Source of the DNA: Candidatus Kapaibacterium sp. | GTDB lineage: Bacteria > Bacteroidota > Ignavibacteria > Kapaibacteriales > UBA2268 | DNA length: 64,000 bases | NCBI GenBank assembly: GCA_963665665.1 | Contig: OY762428.1 | Location: 4,032,001-4,096,000, forward strand | Direction of reading: 5' to 3' | Shown: piece after piece, positions 60,827-64,000 of the stretch | Layout of the letters: every line of letters starts with the position of its first letter | How positions within the stretch are numbered: the first letter of the stretch is position 1 | Position numbers and translations under genes: made by a program | The notes under the pieces: model-generated | Seen by the model: only the letters and a program-made list of their open reading frames with translations | Told to the model about the DNA's origin: nothing | Databases searched by the model: none

Positions 60827-61531
60827 TTATCCTTTCTTTGTTGCCCTGATTGCTACATAATCTCCTTTGTCGAAACCTTCCACAGGTTCTTCGAATTTAT
60901 TATCCGAGTATAGCGGATGTTTTGTTAGTGTTTGTGCAAACTCAAAAGCATCGAAACCGCATTTTTTCAGGAGGTCGATTTTTTCCGATGTTGTCCGCCA
61001 ATTTGCCTGAGAGACAAATTCAATCGGGTAAGCATTCGGAGGCTGTACATCAACAAGTGCAGGATGATCCCATGTTCCGATTTCCTTGGCAAGATTATAC
61101 AGAAGCGCGTAGGAACTTTCTTTAGGAACATCCAGGACAACAATTTTGCCGCCTGTTTTCAGTGCTTTAAAAGCATTCATGAAAGCTTTCTCCAGGTCTG
61201 TGATATAGCTTGGAGTGCCATTGAAAATTACAGTATCATATATTCCGATGCCAAATTCAGTATCTTCGGCTGTTCCCACTCTTACTTCCATTCCTCTTTT
61301 AATGGCAATATCCGCCATGTCTTTGGAAGGTTCAATCCCTTCCTTTATCTGAATGTTGTAATCTTTCTCAAGAATTTTTTCAAAAAGCCCGCTGCCGCAT
61401 CCAACCGATAAGGCACGCCCGGGATTGCCCGTAAAATGAGCCAGGAGTGCCGCTTCGGATTTCAGAACGTTCTCATTTGCCAAAAACCATTTGTCGTATT
61501 TTTCTGCGTATTGGTCGAAAGAATCTGCCAT
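60827..61531 (-). CDS. Class I SAM-dependent methyltransferase, first gene of the thiamine operon
   Basis: YDKWF, LSVGCGSG, LKTGGKIV. Confidence 0.9.
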   Translation of the reverse strand: MADSFDQYAEKYDKWFLANENVLKSEAALLAHFTGNPGRALSVGCGSGLFEKILEKDYNIQIKEGIEPSKDMADIAIKRGMEVRVGTAEDTEFGIGIYDTVIFNGTPSYITDLEKAFMNAFKALKTGGKIVVLDVPKESSYALLYNLAKEIGTWDHPALVDVQPPNAYPIEFVSQANWRTTSEKIDLLKKCGFDAFEFAQTLTKHPLYSDNKFEEPVEGFDKGDYVAIRATKKG

Positions 61532-61555
61532 ATCAATTCCATAAATTATTAATAA

Positions 61556-61586
61556 AATAAAAAAAACCGCTTTCGCGGAAAACGGC
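61556..61586 (-). terminator. Riboswitch-controlled terminator
   Basis: Minus strand GCCGTTTTCCGCGAAAGCGG plus U-tract; CCGTTTTCC is complementary to the aptamer 3' GGAAAACGG (antiterminator). Confidence 0.75.
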
Positions 61587-61595
61587 AGGTGTTAT

Positions 61596-61677
61596 AATCC
61601 GTTTTCCTACAAGGCTATTACGCCGACAGGTTCGAGGGTGCATTCTCAGCCATTATTCATTAGCGCCCCTAACGAAT
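61596..61677 (-). promoter_or_regulatory. TPP riboswitch
   Basis: AGGGG..GCTGAGAATGCACCC..GAACCTG..TAAT..GTAGGAA upstream of thiM/E/L/D. Confidence 0.9.
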
Positions 61678-61682
61678 CTTTA

Positions 61683-61690
61683 CAAATTTA
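61683..61690 (-). promoter_or_regulatory. Bacteroidota-type -7 promoter element TAAATTTG
   Basis: TAnnTTTG a few bases upstream of riboswitch P1. Confidence 0.5.
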
Positions 61691-61707
61691 TAAAATTTAG
61701 CTGCAAC

Positions 61708-61737
61708 AAAAAAATCCTGCCTGTAATTGGCAGGATT
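61708..61737 (-). terminator. mscS terminator
   Basis: aatcctgcc / ggcaggatt with an A-tract on the + strand. Confidence 0.75.
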
Positions 61738-61772
61738 GAATATAAACATACCTTTTTTGGGGCAGTAGCTTA

Positions 61773-62588
61773 TCAATTATTTCCGATAATATGAACATCC
61801 TGCTGCGGGAATGGTATGGAAATACCTGCTGCGTCCATTTCATTTTTAACTTTTTCGTTAGTATCGAAAAATACAGCCCAGTAATCGGTGGCGTTTACCC
61901 AGGCACGGACAACAAAATTGACCGAGCTGTCCGCAAGTTCTGATACCGCTACGAAAGGTTCCGGATCTTTCAGAATTCTTTCATCTTCATTCACAATACG
62001 AAGCAGCAGATCTTTAGCCTTTTTAATATCGTCGTCATATCCAATTCCGAAAACAAAGTCCACACGGCGTTTGTCCTCGGTGGAAAAATTTGTTATCGGG
62101 CTGGCAGCCAACGGTCCGTTTGGGAGAATAATTGTTTTGTTATCCGGTGTTTTCATTACTGTATTGAAAACCTGGATAGAATTTACTGCCCCGGTAAAAC
62201 CCTGTGCCTCTACAACATCTCCGACTTTGAAAGGTTTGAATAGCAGTATTAAAACTCCACCTGCAAAATTTGAAAGGCTACCCTGCAGAGCCATACCAAT
62301 GGCAAAACCTGCTGCGGCAAGTATTGCCACAAATGATGTGGTTTCAACTCCAACCATTGATATTACACTAAGGACAAGCAAAAGTTTAAGAATGATATTA
62401 ACCAGGCTTTTCAGGAAATTCCTTAGAGATACATCAGTATTCTTCTTATCCATGGTTTTTTCTACTAAACTGGTTACCCAGTTAACAATCTTCAAACCAA
62501 TGAAAAGTGTAACTAAGGCAAGAAGAAGATTCGGAGCCCAGGCAACGATGAGTTTTATAATATAATCTGCGTACATGTCTAAATTCAT
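61773..62588 (-). CDS. mscS: Small-conductance mechanosensitive channel
   Basis: ALQGSLSNFAGG..KPFKVGD, SSVNFVVRAW, IPFPQ. Confidence 0.95.
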   Translation of the reverse strand: MNLDMYADYIIKLIVAWAPNLLLALVTLFIGLKIVNWVTSLVEKTMDKKNTDVSLRNFLKSLVNIILKLLLVLSVISMVGVETTSFVAILAAAGFAIGMALQGSLSNFAGGVLILLFKPFKVGDVVEAQGFTGAVNSIQVFNTVMKTPDNKTIILPNGPLAASPITNFSTEDKRRVDFVFGIGYDDDIKKAKDLLLRIVNEDERILKDPEPFVAVSELADSSVNFVVRAWVNATDYWAVFFDTNEKVKNEMDAAGISIPFPQQDVHIIGNN

Positions 62589-62614
62589 TATAGCACCTTT
62601 ATAGTTATTAATTC

Positions 62615-63457
62615 TTAAAATATGTTATAAGTAAAGCCAAGCTGAAGAGCCTGCTTGATCTGTGTTTCAATTGATTGTGATTTTTCATAGATAACCAGAA
62701 CAGTTAAATTTACATTTATGTATTTGTTTACCTGCGCTGTTATAGCGTTGTCCCAGCGTACATCCCATGTATCCATTCTGTCGAAAGCCGAAAAAAGTCT
62801 TAGCTTGCTTTTTAAAAGCATGTTGTCATCCAGTGTAAATTCAGCATCTGTAACAGATTCGATACCGGTTTCGAATTTGAAAGATTCAATTTCATCTTCT
62901 GTGTCGGGGTCGTCCGTGTATCCGGTATATTCGTTGGCAAACGTTTCCTGAAATGCCAAACCAATCCTGGATTTGAATGATTCCATTTTATCATAAGTAA
63001 AACCAATCGACTGAGTAATATATCCCGGATCGAATATATTGGCAATTTCTACTTTTGTATTACCATCGTATTGGTAGCCCGGTGCAACAGCTGTTCTTAC
63101 CGTGTTCGAAAAGAATGGGTCAACAGCCCAACCCAGCTTGTGTGAAAGAACTGATTCAAGATATATCTCATTGTCATTGGTTTTAAAATTCTCATCGCCA
63201 AGTTTTGTCTGCCCGTAGGCAATTTTCAGGCTGTTGGTGAATGTCCAGCTTTCAGTTTTGTGGTTAAGGCCGAAATTCCCGACAAGGCTGTAAGTGATAG
63301 AATTATCACCGCCCTGAGTCCAGTTGCTGAAGGCTATCTGGCTAATGTTTATTCCTGCAACTCCTTTGGGTATCCATTTCCCGAGAGTTGAATCCTGCTC
63401 CTTTTGGGCAAAAAGCAGTATTGGTGTGATGAAAAAAATCAGTAATAGTTTTTTCAT
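62615..63457 (-). CDS. DUF3078 outer-membrane protein
   Basis: SQIAFSNWTQGG motif, terminal LGFTYNIF. Confidence 0.85.
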   Translation of the reverse strand: MKKLLLIFFITPILLFAQKEQDSTLGKWIPKGVAGINISQIAFSNWTQGGDNSITYSLVGNFGLNHKTESWTFTNSLKIAYGQTKLGDENFKTNDNEIYLESVLSHKLGWAVDPFFSNTVRTAVAPGYQYDGNTKVEIANIFDPGYITQSIGFTYDKMESFKSRIGLAFQETFANEYTGYTDDPDTEDEIESFKFETGIESVTDAEFTLDDNMLLKSKLRLFSAFDRMDTWDVRWDNAITAQVNKYINVNLTVLVIYEKSQSIETQIKQALQLGFTYNIF

Positions 63458-63873
63458 AGTATCTTCCTTAAATCCATATATTTATAAAATCATAAAATAT
63501 TAATTCCCGTATTTGTCCTTATTAACGAAAAAACTGTTCATGTATTATGATTATATTAAAAATCAGTGGTTTTACTTAATTCATATTTGAATCTTTAAAC
63601 AATATTTAGTAATTTAATATTAATTATTTGAAGCAGATGTTTAAGTTAATCATTGTTATAGTATTATCAATAACTACAATTTTTATAATAAAATCACATA
63701 CTGAAATGGAAAGAAAACTTTCACTAATCAATCCAGGTGAAATCTGGTTGAAAAATACCAAAAAAAATGAAGATAAAATGACAATGGAGAATAAATTTTA
63801 AAAATTCTGCGACCAAATTTGATTTTTTTTGTTATTATAGTCAGAGATATTTGATACTACAACGGGGAGAATT

Positions 63874-64000
63874 ATGAGTTTTAGATTTTCAGTTTATTTA
63901 TTAGCTTCAATTTTACTATTATTCTTCTTTTACGAAGCCGGGGCGGCGATTCCTTTCATCCAAAGCAAAACACAATTCTATTGGAGGGACGGGAACTGGA
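63874..64000 (+). CDS. 5' end of an exported protein (runs off the window)
   Basis: GGAG RBS; MSFRFSVYLLASILLLFFFYEAGA signal-like sequence. Confidence 0.6.
   Translation, partial: MSFRFSVYLLASILLLFFFYEAGAAIPFIQSKTQFYWRDGNW

Overview
Low-GC bacterial chromosome segment, most likely from a Bacteroidota/Chlorobi-superphylum organism such as Kapabacteria or Ignavibacteria. This is an inference from T9SS-type C-terminal domains, TAnnTTTG promoter motifs, DUF3078 and an MqnA-like gene. Bases 1-12.9 kb are the right part of an integrated element that ends in a 3' half-copy of tRNA-Arg(ACG). It carries a P4/D5-type primase-helicase, an excisionase-like HTH gene and a Type I R-M locus packed with candidate defence cargo: YhcG/DUF1016, TcmP + DUF5131, a PD-(D/E)XK nuclease, a frameshifted KAP NTPase and a DUF2971-like relic. 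The rest is mostly host genes (isocitrate/isopropylmalate DH, T9SS cargo proteins, TBDR, ppx, prmA, kdsC, M32 and S8 peptidases, tsaB, ybaB, pspA, CHASE kinase, xseAB, a TPP-riboswitch thiamine salvage operon, mscS). Small toxin-antitoxin modules are scattered among them: Panacea plus a membrane protein next to tRNA-Pro, an antitoxin with a truncated YoeB, and hicBA. The most unusual non-coding structure is at 50.3-52.3 kb, where two related 21-bp-period arrays point away from each other around an extremely AT-rich core and are decorated with REP-like hairpins. A third 21-bp array lies at 24.5 kb. All family calls come from motif recognition by eye; no database searches were run.
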